A stretch of 64,000 bases of DNA from Pristiophorus japonicus. Taxonomy: Eukaryota. The DNA lies in assembly GCF_044704955.1 (NCBI RefSeq), contig NC_091992.1, positions 44,206,001-44,270,000 of the forward strand, given 5' to 3'. Below the pieces are notes generated by a model. It saw only the letters and a program-made list of their open reading frames with translations, was not told the DNA's origin and did not search any database. Below, piece by piece: positions 51,596 to 64,000 of the stretch (position 1 is its first letter; each line of letters begins with the position of its first letter). The translations under genes and the position numbers were made by a program.

Positions 51596-54500
51596 AAACA
51601 TAGAAAATAGGTGCAGGAGTAGGCCATTCAGCCCTTCTAGCCTGCACTGCCATTCAATGAGTTCATGGCTGAACATGCAACTTCAGTACCCCATTCCTGC
51701 TTTCTCGCCATACCCCTTGATCCCCCTAGTAGTAAGGACTTCATCTAACTCTTTGAATTGGTGAATTGGCCTCAACAACTTTCTGTGGTAGAGAATTCCA
51801 TAGATTCACCACTCTGGGTGAAGAAGTTTCTCCTCATCTCGGTCCTAAATGGCTTACCCCTTATCCTTGGACTGTGACCCCTAGTTCTGGACTTCCCCAA
51901 CATTGGGAACATTCTTCCTGCATCTAACCTGTCTAAACCCGTCAGAATTTTAAACGTTTGAGGTCCCCTCATTCTTCTGAACTCCAGTGCATACAAGCCC
52001 AGTTGATCCAGTCTTTCTTGATGGGTCAGTCCCGCCATCCCGGGAATCAGTCTGGTGAACCTTTGCTGCACTCCCTCAATAGCAAGAATGTCCTTCCTCA
52101 GGTTAGGAGACCAAAACTGTACACAATACTCCAGGTGTGGCCTCACCAAGGCCCTGTACAACTGTAGCAACACCTCCCTGCCCCTGTACTCTCATCCCCT
52201 CACTATGAAGGCCAACATGCCATTTGCTTTCTTAACCGCCTGCTGTACCTGCATGCCAACCTTCAATGACTGATATACCATGACACCCAGGTCTCGTTGC
52301 ACCTCCCCTTTTCCTAATCTGTCACCATTCAGATAATAGTCTGTCTCTCTGTTTTTACCACCAAAGTGGATAACCTCACATTTATCCACATTATACTTCA
52401 TCTGCCATGCATTTTCCCACTCACCTAACCTATCCAAGTCACTCTGCAGCCTCATAGCATCCTCCTCGCAGCTCACAGTGCCACGTAACTTTGTCATCTG
52501 CAAATTTGGAGATACTACATTTAATCCCCTCGTCTAAATCATTAATGTACAGTGTAAACAGCTGGGGCCCCAGCACAGAACCTTGCGGTACCCCACTAGT
52601 CACCGCCTGCCATTCTGAAAAGTACCCATTTACTCCTACTCTTTGCTTCCTGTCTGACAACCAGTTCTCAATCAACGTCAGCACACTACCCCCAATCCCA
52701 TGTGCTTTAACTTTGCACATTAATCTCTTTTGTGTGGGACCTTGTCGAAAGCCTTCTGAAAGTCCAAATATACCACATCAACTGGTTCTCCCTTGTCCAC
52801 TTTATTGGAAACATCCTCAAAAAATTCCAGAAGATTTGTCAAGCATGATTTCCCTTTCACAAATCCATGCTGACTTGGACCTATCATGTCACCTCTTTCC
52901 AAATGCGCTGCTATGACATCCTTAATAATTGATTCCATCATCTTACCCATTACCGATGTCAGGCTGACCGGTCTATAATTCCCTGTTTTCTCTCTTTTTT
53001 TTTTTAAAAGTGGTGTTATATTTGCTACCCTCCACTCGATAGGAACTGATCCAGAGTCAATGGAATGTTGGAAAATGACTGTCAATGCATCCGCTATTTC
53101 CAAGGCCACCTCCTTAAGTACTCTGGGATGCAGTCCATCAGGCCCTGGGGATTTATCGGCCTTCAATCCCATCAATTTCCCCAACACAATTTTCCCGACT
53201 AAAGGATTTCCCTCAGTTCCTCCTCCTTACTAGACCCTCTGACCCCTTTTATATCTGGAAGGTTGTTAGTGTCCTCCTTAGTGAATACCGAACCAAAGTA
53301 CTTGTTCAATTGGTCCGCCATTTCTTTGTTCCCCGTTATGATTTCCCCTGATTCTGACTGCAGGGGGCCTACATTTGTCTTTACTAACCTTTTTCTCTTT
53401 ACATGTCTATAGAAACTTTTGCAATCCATCTTAATGTTCCCTGCAAGCTTCTTCTCGTACTCCATTTTCCCTGCCCTAATCAAACCCTTTGTCCTCCTCT
53501 GCTGAGTTCTAAATTTCTCCCAGTCTCCGGGTTCGCTGCTATTTCTGGCCAATTTGTATGCCACTTCCTTGGCTTTAATACTATCCCTGATTTCCCTTGA
53601 GAGCCACAGTTGAGCCACCTTCCCTTTTTCATTTTTACGCCAGGCAGGAATATACAATTGTTGTAGTTCATCCATGCAGTCTCTAAATGTCTGCCATTGC
53701 CCATCCACAGTCAACCCCTTAAGTATCATTCGCCAATCTATCCTAGCCAATTCACGCCTCATACCTTCAAAGTTACCCTTCTTTAAGTTCTGGACCATGG
53801 TCTCTGAATTAGCTGTTTCATTCTCCATCCTAATGTAGAATTCCACCATATTATGGTCACTCTTCCCCAAGAGGCCTCGCACAACGAGATTGCTAATTAA
53901 TCCCCTCTCATTACACAACACCCAGTCTAAGATGGCCTCCCCCCCCCCCCCCCCCCCTTAGTTGGTTCCTCGACATATTGGTCTAGAAAACCATCCCTTA
54001 TGCACTCCAGGAAATCCTCCTCCACTGTATTGCTTCCAGTTTGGTTAGCCCAATCTATGTGCATATTAAAGTCACCCATTATAACTGCTGCACCCTTATT
54101 GCATGCACCCCTAATTTCCTGTTTGATGCCCTCCCCAACATCACTACTACTGTTTGGAGGTCTGTACACAACGCCCACTAACATTTTTTGCCCTTTGGTG
54201 TTCTGCAGCTCTACCCATATAGATTCCACATCATCCAAGCTAATGTCCCTCCTAACTATTGCATTAATCTCCTCTTTAACCAGCAATGCTACCCCACCTC
54301 CTTTTCTTTTTATTCTATCCTTCCTGAATGTTGAATACCCCTGGATGTTGAGTTGCCAGCCCTGATCATCCTGGAGCCACGTCTCTGTAATCCCAATCAC
54401 ATCATATTTGTTAACATCTATTTGCACAGTTAATTCATCCACGTTATTGCGGATACTCCTTGCATTAAGACACAAAGCCTTCAGGCTTGTTTTTTTAACA

Positions 54501-55015
54501 CCCTTTGTCCTTTTAGAATTTTGCTGTACAGTGGCCCTTTTTGTTATTTGCCTTGGGTTTCTCTGCCCTCTACTTTTCCTCATCTCCTTTCTGTCTTTTG
54601 CATTTATCTCCTTTTTGTTTCCCTCTGTCTCCCTGCATTGGTTCCCATCCCCCTGCCATATTAGTTTAACTCCTCCCCAACAGCACTAGCAAACACTCTC
54701 CCTAGGACATTGGTTCCGGTCCTGCCCAGGTGCAGACCGTCTAGTTTGTACTGGTCCCACCTGCCCCAGAACCGGTTCCAATGCCCCAGGAATTTGAATC
54801 CCTCCCTGCTGCACCACTGCTGAAGCCACGTATTCATCTGCGATTCCTACTCTGACTAGCACTGGTAGCAATCCCGAGATTACTACTTTTGAGGTCCTAC
54901 TTTTTAATTTAGCTCCTTTTAAATTCGTTTCGTAGGCTTAAAAAAAGGGATGAGGTCCTATGTCGTTGGTACCAATGTGCACTACGACAACTGGCTGTTC
55001 TCCCCCTCTTTTTAG
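51596..55015 (-). mobile_element. Young CR1, truncated within ORF1, ORF2 nearly complete but frameshifted
   Basis: [64 protein letters not shown]; tail CCTATTTTCTATGTTT. Confidence 0.95.
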
Positions 55016-55329
55016 ATTCTATGCAGAAAATGAACTTTTTGTATCATTTGAATGTAAACAGGAGAACCTTTTTCTTCAGTAGGCTTTGGGCTGATGTATG
55101 CTGAGTTTCTGCTATAAATTAGTTCCGTATTAGCTGATTGGCACTTCAACTCTGGTGGACTGGAACATCACCTCACCAATGTGCAAACATTTGTATCAGG
55201 AAGTCTATGAAGAATTGTGACCTGTAAAAGCCTTGCAATGATTTGGATTGTGCAATAAAAAGGTTCTATTCTAACAGGTATTCAAAGAGGCTCATTGTCT
55301 ACATCAGGCACGGAATTAACTCCGTACAG

Positions 55330-55796
55330 GATTAGAGAGAAAGGGGCTCACTGTCTCTCGGGGGGGAAGAGGGGTTGTGTCCACGCAATGGGGCCTCAAA
55401 AGTCATTGTGTGGACATAACGACCGTGCAGGATGGGAGGAAGGGACTCACTCACTGGGTGTACATCTAAGTAACCATTCTTCACATGGCTTGACTATGGT
55501 CGTGGGGCTATTCAACTGTATTATGCATCACAACTGTAATGTATACACCTGTGAGCATTGAGCTATTGCAGAGTGACAGTTACGTGATGTTCACAAGGCA
55601 GTCAGTTGGGTCTGTTATCCAAGATAAAGTCAGCGTTTACAAAGGACACCCTCTATCTCTCATTTTAAAGTTGTCAAATGGGATATATTTTTTCCCTTCC
55701 CAGAAGTGAGTGAGACACAGTACAAAAATGTTGTTCAGCTAAACAAGTTTTCCTAATTTTTTTTATTACATTAACATTTAAACAGCACCCTCCCAC

Positions 55797-55843
<47 letters not shown>

Positions 55844-58046
55844 TTTTCTCTCCCCCAGGGACCAGAATATTCTGCACCAGCAGAGCACATAGTGTGATTG
55901 CTGAGGGGGAAAAAGGGGTGGGGGTGAGGAGGGAGAGGAAAAGAGAATGGCAGCACTGTGTGGAGGTTCTGGAGAAGCTAGTTGGAACCAATTCTTCCAT
56001 GAGGTGCTGTTACCATTGGTGGTATGGCACTTTGGGGTGCAGTGCCATATCCCACAACCATCAATTGCTGCATTGCATTGACGGTTTGGGTGTTCTCCCA
56101 TAATGGCAATCAGCTCCGCTATATCCTCCGATTGGCAGGCTGCTAAAGCTGTGATGTTTTCCGACAGCCCAGCAATGGACTGGATGACCTCGCGAATCAA
56201 CTCTGTTCATCCCAGCCAGTCCCACCATGTCTAGGCTAGCATCTGCCTGTCGCACAGCATTCCCATTTTGGCAGATCGGCCGCCACTGATTCACCACAGG
56301 GTCGGTGTGCGCTGTTGCAGTTCACTTGGTCCCGCTTCCTCTGACCAGAATTGAAGAAAGTTGGATTCGGGTGAGGAACCGGTGGCCGCAGGTAGAAACG
56401 ACCCTTGAAGTCCCGCCTCCTGCAACAGCAGCATTACAACAGTGTTCTCCTGCAGCTCCTCCACCACCAACTGGTCATTGTCTCCCCTGCAATGACTCCA
56501 CCTGTGCAACTGTTTTTTAAAAAAAAAATAACACTGGTTGGCGGGAGGGGTTAGAGGTACCATCAAAGCAATTCACATTGCGCAGGCTTATGTGGAGAAC
56601 AAGCACTTTTTTTTTAACTGAGAATCATTACATCCAAGAATAGAGAAAGTACATGACATAACAAAACTTCAGTCCCAAATAGTTTGGTTTCCAAGTGGCA
56701 CAGTGTGATCAAACAAAATATGTCATAACTAACATTTCTTGGTTGCAGCATTACGTTACATTCTACATTATATTACCATTACATAATTACAGTACAGTCC
56801 AGGGATTATGCAGACTTGCCCTCTGGCACAACTGGTTTGGCACCACCTCACATGGTAGTGCGATCATATGTCCCTGTGTGGGCTGCAATGTGTTCCTTGA
56901 GGTCTGCGAGAGGAACAGTGTTGGGCGGACCACTGCCTGTTTTGCAGAGCCCCGCCCTATTGGCGGCTAGTTGGTTCTGCAAAGGTGAGAAAAAAGTGAC
57001 CTAATTTGACCCCTACTAATACCGAGCGCGTACCCACACACACATCCCCAATTAACCGTCCCCCAGTCTTTGTCAATGACTGCACAATTTATGTTTGGTT
57101 AGTATGCAAATGTTGCATGACGAACACATTAAAATACAGAGCACTAACACAATTGAGATCGATGATGGGAAATAAAAATGACACCAAGCTTTACATCATA
57201 AAACGTGTCACTATTCAAGAATAAATTGTGAATGCATGATAAAAGTTAGTACTTGCACTCGCAGATCCAACAATGACATTCCACCGTTTGTAGCACTGGT
57301 TTGGCCCCTGCATCATGGGCACGACTAAGGACACCAGCTCAGCAATCTCTCGCCATGAGCGCTGATAGACCAACGGTGACGGTTTACTTCACCCACCCAG
57401 TGTTGATGATGACAACGCGCCTCCACTTCCTCCACCAATGCCTCCTGGACTTCCTCCAAAAAACGAGTGGCCCTTTTTCTCCCACCTAACTCCCTCGCCA
57501 CTTGATTCTCCATTCTGTGCATATTTATTTATTTTTAATGTTTTTTAACAATTATAATACAATTAAATCTGAAAAATATTTAAATTGAAATAATTCAGTT
57601 AAAAAAATTATATTCAGATTTATTAATATTCTTTTATAATATATTTATTAAAATAGTAAAGAATCCTCAAAAACCCAAACAAATCCTCACCGCTCCCCTC
57701 CAACTGACATGCACTACTAACCTCTGCAGCTTCAACCTGACAAGTGTTGTCCTTCTGTTGTCGTCTGTGCATGGGCAGGGTCACTCTTGACCCCGAAATC
57801 GTGGGAGAATGGCCGTGCATGCGCAAACAACCGTTTCAAGCCCTTTCAGCCAGCGGTTCAGCTTTCCTTTATACGGGAAAGCTGATCGCCGACTTTGGTC
57901 CCACTGCACTCTGCTCCCGCACAGCTGCCGCCGACATGAAACACCGCGGGAGCACGCACCAGCGGCATTCCGGCGGACGAAAAGATGCAACCACCAGAAT
58001 ACCGCTAAGGATCGGGCGGTGGCGATTTCCATGCAATTTTTAGCCC
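55330..58046 (-). mobile_element. Harbinger remnant carrying a Myb/SANT-like gene; one TIR visible
   Basis: Terminus GGGCTAAAAATTGCA at 58046 (minus); MENQVARELGGRKRATRFLEEVQEALVEEVEAR (57325-57522); coiled-coil-like C-terminal ORF 55778-56200; no transposase seen; left boundary uncertain. Confidence 0.65.
55800..55841. repeat. (CT)n microsatellite
   Basis: Direct reading. Confidence 0.95.
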
Positions 58047-58187
58047 ATAGAGGTTAAAATGTCAGGAAAAATGAGGCTTATGACATGTAATGTTCATAAT
58101 ACAGTAGAGAACCAAGCTGAATATAGAAAGTACAGAGATCTTGAAGGGAATAAGACTGGCACAAAGAGAGCATGAGAATAGATCAGG

Positions 58188-58422
58188 AACATAGAAATTT
58201 ACAGCGCAGAAGGAGGTCATTTCGGCCCATCGTGTCCGTGCCTTCCGACAAAGAGCCGCACGGCCCTTGGTCAGCAGCCCTAAAGGTTATATATAAACCT
58301 ATGAACAATGACGGAAAGGCAAAGAGCACCCAGCCCAACCAGTCCGCCTCACACAACTGCGACACTCCTTAAACTGAAACATTCTTCAGTCCACCCCAAT
58401 TGGAGTCATGTGATCTGGGAGA
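58188..58422 (-). mobile_element. 3'UTR-only copy of the long-3'UTR CR1 family
   Basis: Reverse complement aligns with 17620-17832 (e.g. TTTAGGGCTGCTGACCAAGGG, GGTTGGGCTGGGTGCTCTTTGCCTTTCC). Confidence 0.8.
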
Positions 58423-58622
58423 GACAAACATTAGTAGCTAACATAAAAGAGAACCCAAACATCTTTTAGAAACACACACACACACACATAGTAAAAGTGT
58501 AGTCAAAAGAAGGATGGGGTCAATTACGGACCAAAAAGATGATTTTGTGGATGCAGAGGACATGGCTAAGGTACTAAATGAGTACTTTGGCAGCATCCTC
58601 TTCTCTGCTGAAGACAGACGCA

Positions 58623-61600
58623 ATGTCACTGGTGGGCTTGGTCTACAGGCCCTCTAACAGTAGCTACACTGTTGGAAGGAGTATAAATCAAGAAATAATG
58701 GAGGCTTGTAATAAAGGAATGGCAATAATCATGGGTGATTTTAACCTTCATTTGATTGGACAAATCAAATTGGCCAAGGTAGCCTTGAGGAAGAGTTCAT
58801 AGAGTGTATCCGGTATAGTTTCCTTTAACAACATGTTGCGGAACCAACCAGGGAGTAAGCTATCTTAGATCTGGTACTGTGTAATGAGACAGGATTAATA
58901 AATGATCCCGTAGTAAAGGATACTTTAGGAATGAGTGACCATAATATGGTTGAATTTCAAATTCAGTTGGAGGGTGAGAAAGTTGGTTCTCAAACCAGTG
59001 TCCTAAGCTTAAATAAAGGAGACTACAAAGGTATGAGGGCAGAGTTGCCTAAAGTGGACTGGGAAAATAGATTAAAGTATGGGACGGTTGATGAGCAGTG
59101 GCAGACATTTCATAACTCGTAACAAAAATCTATCCCAATGAGAAGGAAAGACTAAGAGAAGGGATAACCATCTGTGGCTAACTAAGGAAATAAGGGATGG
59201 TATCAAATGGAAAACCAATGCATACAAGGGGCCCAAGACTAGTGGTAGGCCAGAAGATTGGGAAACTTTTAAAAGCCAGCAAAGAAAAACAAAAAAAAAA
59301 TATTAGAGGGAAGATAGATTATGAAAGTAAACTAGCACAAAATATAAAAACAGAAAGGAAGAGTTTCTACAGGTACATGAAAAGGAAAAGAGTGGCTAAA
59401 GGAAATGTTGGTCCCCTAGACGATGAGACTGGGGAATTAATAATGAAGAACAAGAAAATGGCAGCGACATTGAACAAATATTTTGTATCGGTCTTCACGG
59501 TTGAAGACACCAAAAACATCCCAATAATGGACAATCAAGGGGCTGTAGGGAGGGAGGAACTTAATACAATCACTATCCCTAATGAAGTAGTACTCGGTAA
59601 AATAATGGGACTAAAGGCGGACAAGTACCCTGGACATGATGGCATACATCCTAGGGTCTTAAAAGAAATGGCTGCATGCATTGGTTGTAATCTACCAAAA
59701 ATCCCTGGATTCTGTGCCAGACTCAGCGGATTGGAAAACCGCAAATGTAATGCCCCTATTTTTTTTTAAAAAAAAGGAGGCAGACAGAAAGCAGGAACCT
59801 ATAGACCAGTTAGCCAAACATCAGTCATTGGAAAAATGCTAGAGTCCATTATTAAGGAAGCAGTAGTGGGACATTTGGAAAAGCATAAATCAAGCAGAGT
59901 CAGCATAGTTTTATGAAAGGGAAATCACGTTTGACACATTTTCTGGAGTTCTTTCAGGATGTAACGTTGTCATCATCATCATTGGCAGTCCCTCAAAGTG
60001 AGGATGACTTGCTTCCATGCCAAAAAGTGATGAGTTCATAGGTATTTCAATGAAAGACCTAATAGTCCAGATCCCGAACTACATCTTGAAGGGTGGAAGA
60101 TGCCCGTGCGTGGATTTTTTTAACGTGTGGTGGCCGTCGCACACCAGCCACCACATGGGCTTGACAGAGCTAAGTCTTGGTCCAATGGCAAGGATTACCT
60201 AGGCCAACTGGAGACCAACTCTGCTACACGGACCTAGTGTGCACACACATCGCAGTGTGGGTTGGCCCGTGCTGCCCATGGGCCCTCTCCTCTTCTGGGC
60301 CCCAAACTCTCACCTCTCCTGGGCTCCAATCACATCCTTCTACGAACTCTTGCCACTCCTTCGCCCCTCCCGCTTGCAGTGCGGGCAGGCACATCAGCGA
60401 CCTGGCTTCGCAGCCGTCGCCCTCCTGCAGCAGCACACACGGCTCCCTGCAATGGTATGCTGCCGCCGCACGCTGCGGGGTCTGCAGTCGTATGTAATGA
60501 GCAGGGTGGATAAGGGGGAACCAGTGGATGTGGTGTATTTGGATTTCCAGAAGGTATTCGATAAGGTGCCACATATAAGGTTACTGCACAAGATAAAAGT
60601 TCACGGGGTTGGAGGTAATATAGTAGCTTGGATAGAGGATTGGCTAACTAACAGAAAACAGAAAGTCAGGATAAATGGGTCATTTTCCGGTTGGCAAACG
60701 GTGACTAGTGGGATGCCACAGGGATCGGTGCTGGGTCCTCAACTCGTGTAGACAAGTTTGCTGATGAGGCAAAGATAGGTGGGAAAGCAAAATGTGAAGA
60801 GGACACACAAAATCTGCAAAGGTATATAGACAGAAATATAAGTGAGTGGGCAAAAAATTGGCAGATGGAGTATAATGTGGAAAAATGTGAGGTTATCCAC
60901 TTTGACAGAAAAAATAAAAAAGCAAATTATAATTTAAATGGAGAAAAAATACAAAGTGCTGCAGTACAGAGAGATCTGGGGGTCCTTGTGCATGAAACAC
61001 AAAAAGTGAGTATGCAGGTACAGCAAGTAATCAGGAAGGCAAATAGAATGTTGGCCTTTATTGCAAGGGGGATAGAGTTTAAAAGCAGAGAAGTCCTGTT
61101 ACAACTGTACAAATTATTGGTGAGACCATACCTAGAGTACTGCATACAGTTTTGGTCTCCATATTTAAGGAAGGATGTACCTGCATTGGAGGCTGTTCAG
61201 AGAAGGTTCACTAGGTTGATTCCGGAGATGAGGGGGTTGACTTATGAAAGAGGTTGAGTAGGTTAGGCCTATACTCATTGGAGTTCAGAAGAATGAGGTG
61301 AGCTTATCGAAACATATGAGTGGGCTCGACAAGGTGGAGAGGCTATTTCCACTCTTGGGGGAAACTAAAACTAGGGGACATAGTCTCAGAATAAGGGGCT
61401 GCCCATTTAAAACTGAGATGAGGAGAAATTTCTTCTGAGGGTTGTAAATCTATGGAATTCTCTGCCCCAGAGAGCTGTGGCGGCTGGGTCATTGAATATA
61501 TTTAAGGCAGAGATAGAGAGCTTTTTGAGCGATAAGGGAATAAAGGGTTATGGGGAGCGGGCAGAGAAGTGGAGCTGAGTCCACGATCAGATCAGCCATG

Positions 61601-61670
61601 ATCTTATTAAATGGCGGAGCAGGCTCGAGGGGCCAGGTGTCCTACTCCTGCTCCTATTTCTTATGTTCTT
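58623..61670 (+). mobile_element. CR1, 5'-truncated in the endonuclease domain
   Basis: VYRPSN..IMGDFN, SDHN, RT motifs, RPYLEYCIQFW, tail CCTACTCCTGCTCCTATTTCTTATGTTCTT. Confidence 0.92.
59967..60491 (-). mobile_element. Non-autonomous retroposon with (ATG)n tail, RTE-like, inserted in CR1 RT
   Basis: CATCATCATCAT at left end; TSD ATGTAACG (59959-59966) / ATGTAATG (60492-60499); host CR1 reads through when it is removed. RTE assignment from memory. Confidence 0.75.
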
Positions 61671-64000
61671 AAATGAGCAGTCAGTAGTGATATTGGATAG
61701 GATAAAGAGGATGTACTTGAAAGGTTGGCAGTCCTCAAAGTAGAAAAGTCACCCGGTCTGGTTGGGATGCATCTTGGGTTACTGAAGGAAGCAAGGGTGG
61801 AAATTGTGGATTTTCTGGCCACAATCTTACAATCCTCCTTGGACATAGGGGTGGTTCCGGAGGACTGGAGGATTGAAAATGTTACACTTATATTTTTTTT
61901 TAAAAGAGAGAGCGGGATAAACCCAATAGGCGATTTAATGTCAGTGGTAAGGACTAATAAATGAAAGCCAGCAAGGATTTGTTAAAGGCAAATCGCGTTT
62001 GACTAACTTCATCAAGATATTTGATGAAGTAACAGTTGATGAGGATAGTGTGATTGATGTGTATATGGACTTTCAAAAGACGTTTGACAAAGTACCATAT
62101 AATAGACTTGTTAGCAAAATTAAAGCCCATGGAATTAAAGGGACAGTGGTAGCATGGATACATAATTGGCTAAGGGACAGAAAGCAGAGAGTAGTAGTTA
62201 ACGGTTGGTTTTCTGACTGGAGGTAAGTATACAGTGGTATTCCACAGGGTTCAGTATTAGGACCACAGCTCTTTTTGATATATATTAATGACCAGAAAGC
62301 GGGTATATAGGTCATAATTTCAAATTTGCAGATGATATGAAACTAGGAAATGTAGTAAACAATGAGGATAGGAACAGACTTCAGAAAGACGTAAACAGGC
62401 TTTTAAAATGGACAGATAGCTGATGAAATTTAATGCAAAATAGTGCAAAATTATACATTTTGGTAGGAAGAATGAGGAGAGGCAATATAAACTAAATAGT
62501 ATGGTTTTAAAAGGGGTGCAGGAAGAGAGAGACTTGGTGGGGGGGGTGTACGAACACAAATCTTTGAAGATGGCAAATGTAGGGCGGGCTGCTTATATTT
62601 TTTAACAAGCCTATGTGATCCTTGACTGGAGTACAAAAGCAAGAAAGTTATGCTAAACTCACTGGTTAGGCCTCAGCTGAAATAGTGTTCAATTCTGGGT
62701 ACCACACTTTAGGATGGATATCAAGGCCTTGGAGAGGGTGCAAAATGGATTTACTAGGAAAGGTACCAGGGATGAAGGTCTTCAGTTATGTGGAGAAGCT
62801 GGGGTTATTATCTTTAGAGCAAAGAAGATTCAGCGGAGATTTGATAGTGATGTTCAAAATAATGAATGGTTTTGATAGCAGAGTAAATAAGAGAAACTGT
62901 TTTCATTGGCAGAAATGTCAGTAACCAGAGGACACCGCTTTAAGGTATTTGGCAAAAGAACTATAGGCAAAATTTAGGAAACTTTTTTACACCGCGAGTT
63001 GTGATTGGAAATGCAAAGGTTGTGGAAGCACGTTCAATAGTAACGTTCAAAAGAGAACTGGATAAATACTTGAAGGGAAAAGAAATTAAAGGGCTATGGG
63101 GAAAGAGCAGGGGAATGGGATTAATTGGACAGCTATTTCAAAGAGCAAGCACAGGCCAGATGGGCCGAATGGTCTCCTTCTGTGTAGTATCATTCTAGGA
63201 TTCTATGATTTTAACTGCTTTGATAATAGCCAGAACAAAATCCTTATTTTTCCTTCCGCCTCACCGATCCTTCTGTTCACCTTGTCACAAGTTTTATTCA
63301 GTGTTACAAAAGTACAAATGCTGTTCTCAAATGGGATAGCTTGCTTTGTGCAATAAAATATTGAAGCTTGGACTGATGTCAATATTTGATTTACAATTAC
63401 AGTACTAAAAAGTTAATCATTTGTTAACTGATATTAAAATATTTGTTTTAGAATATTTTCATTGGCAATTGTAAATGAAACCAAGGCAAGCAAACAAGCA
63501 GGTTAAATGAAAATAGTTCCCTCTTACTGGGATAGAATAGTATGTGACAGAACTAGTTAAGTTTACAAGATTTCTATTAAAAGCCTCAATGTAGGCTCAA
63601 TGATATCACTCTGCTAAGTCTTCTGTCATTCACAGTATTCATCAAAGCTTGAAAACATTTTCTGGTAAAAAGAGAGGATTGTAATAATGCGTTTGTAATA
63701 ATGTTGGCATCAACCAAGCCTTTAAATTTCCTCTATCAATCTCAAAATATGGTGTGGCATTATCTCTGAAGCGTCTTACAGGTGCACCATTCCTAATCTT
63801 TAGTAGCAATGGTAATGATAAAAACTTTGGCAAAACTATCAGCAATATTTAAAATTAGGCACTGTTGACCAAGTATTTCTTTATGGTATGCTGATGCTAG
63901 AGCTTCTTGTATCAATCCCTGTCAGCACTTCACCACAATGCTGTCATGTATGGATCCACTGCCAAAATAAATAGCAGTTGGAGACTATCTGGATTGTACC

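Larger units (their letters stand above)
58050..63210 (+). mobile_element. Older CR1 (58050-58620 and 61675-63210) split by younger insertions
   Basis: MAKVLNEYF before 58620 continues as VLERLAVLKVEKSPG after 61700; RT remnants; tail GGGCCGAATGGTCTCCTTCTGTG..ATTCTATGATT. Confidence 0.8.

Noticed and set aside
60239-60751. Chimeric 170-aa ORF fusing novel sequence to RT
   Set aside because: Chance read-through from the inserted retroposon into a broken CR1 RT.
1-64000. Prokaryotic-style systems (CRISPR arrays, retrons, operons) suggested by many RT ORFs
   Set aside because: All RT fragments carry CR1 or Gypsy signatures in a spliced vertebrate context; no regularly spaced repeat-spacer array was seen.

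Overview
Eukaryotic (vertebrate) genomic DNA, very probably a cartilaginous fish judging from the repeat landscape (CR1 LINEs with esterase ORF1, Deu-SINE tails, abundant Harbinger elements). Most of the window is transposon-derived: many CR1 LINE copies (two relatively well preserved, minus strand, 2791-6830 and 51596-55015), a decayed Mag-type Gypsy LTR retrotransposon (21146-25588), four decayed two-gene PIF/Harbinger elements or remnants plus TIR-bounded non-autonomous elements, L2/SINE/RTE-like fragments, and several nested insertions. One host gene is visible, not shown by the ORF track: a + strand promoter with a 64-bp signal-peptide exon (10174-10237) and a 57-bp phase-1 exon (42151-42207) ~31.9 kb downstream. 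Signal peptide, exon phases and promoter motifs suggest a tropoelastin (ELN-like) gene; this rests on remembered sequences, not on a search. I found no evidence for a novel multi-gene system; nearly all listed ORFs are TE fragments or chance frames. The best leads are the elastin-like locus, a hammerhead-like motif in its first intron, and several TE structural oddities. TE boundaries are approximate unless junctions are quoted.
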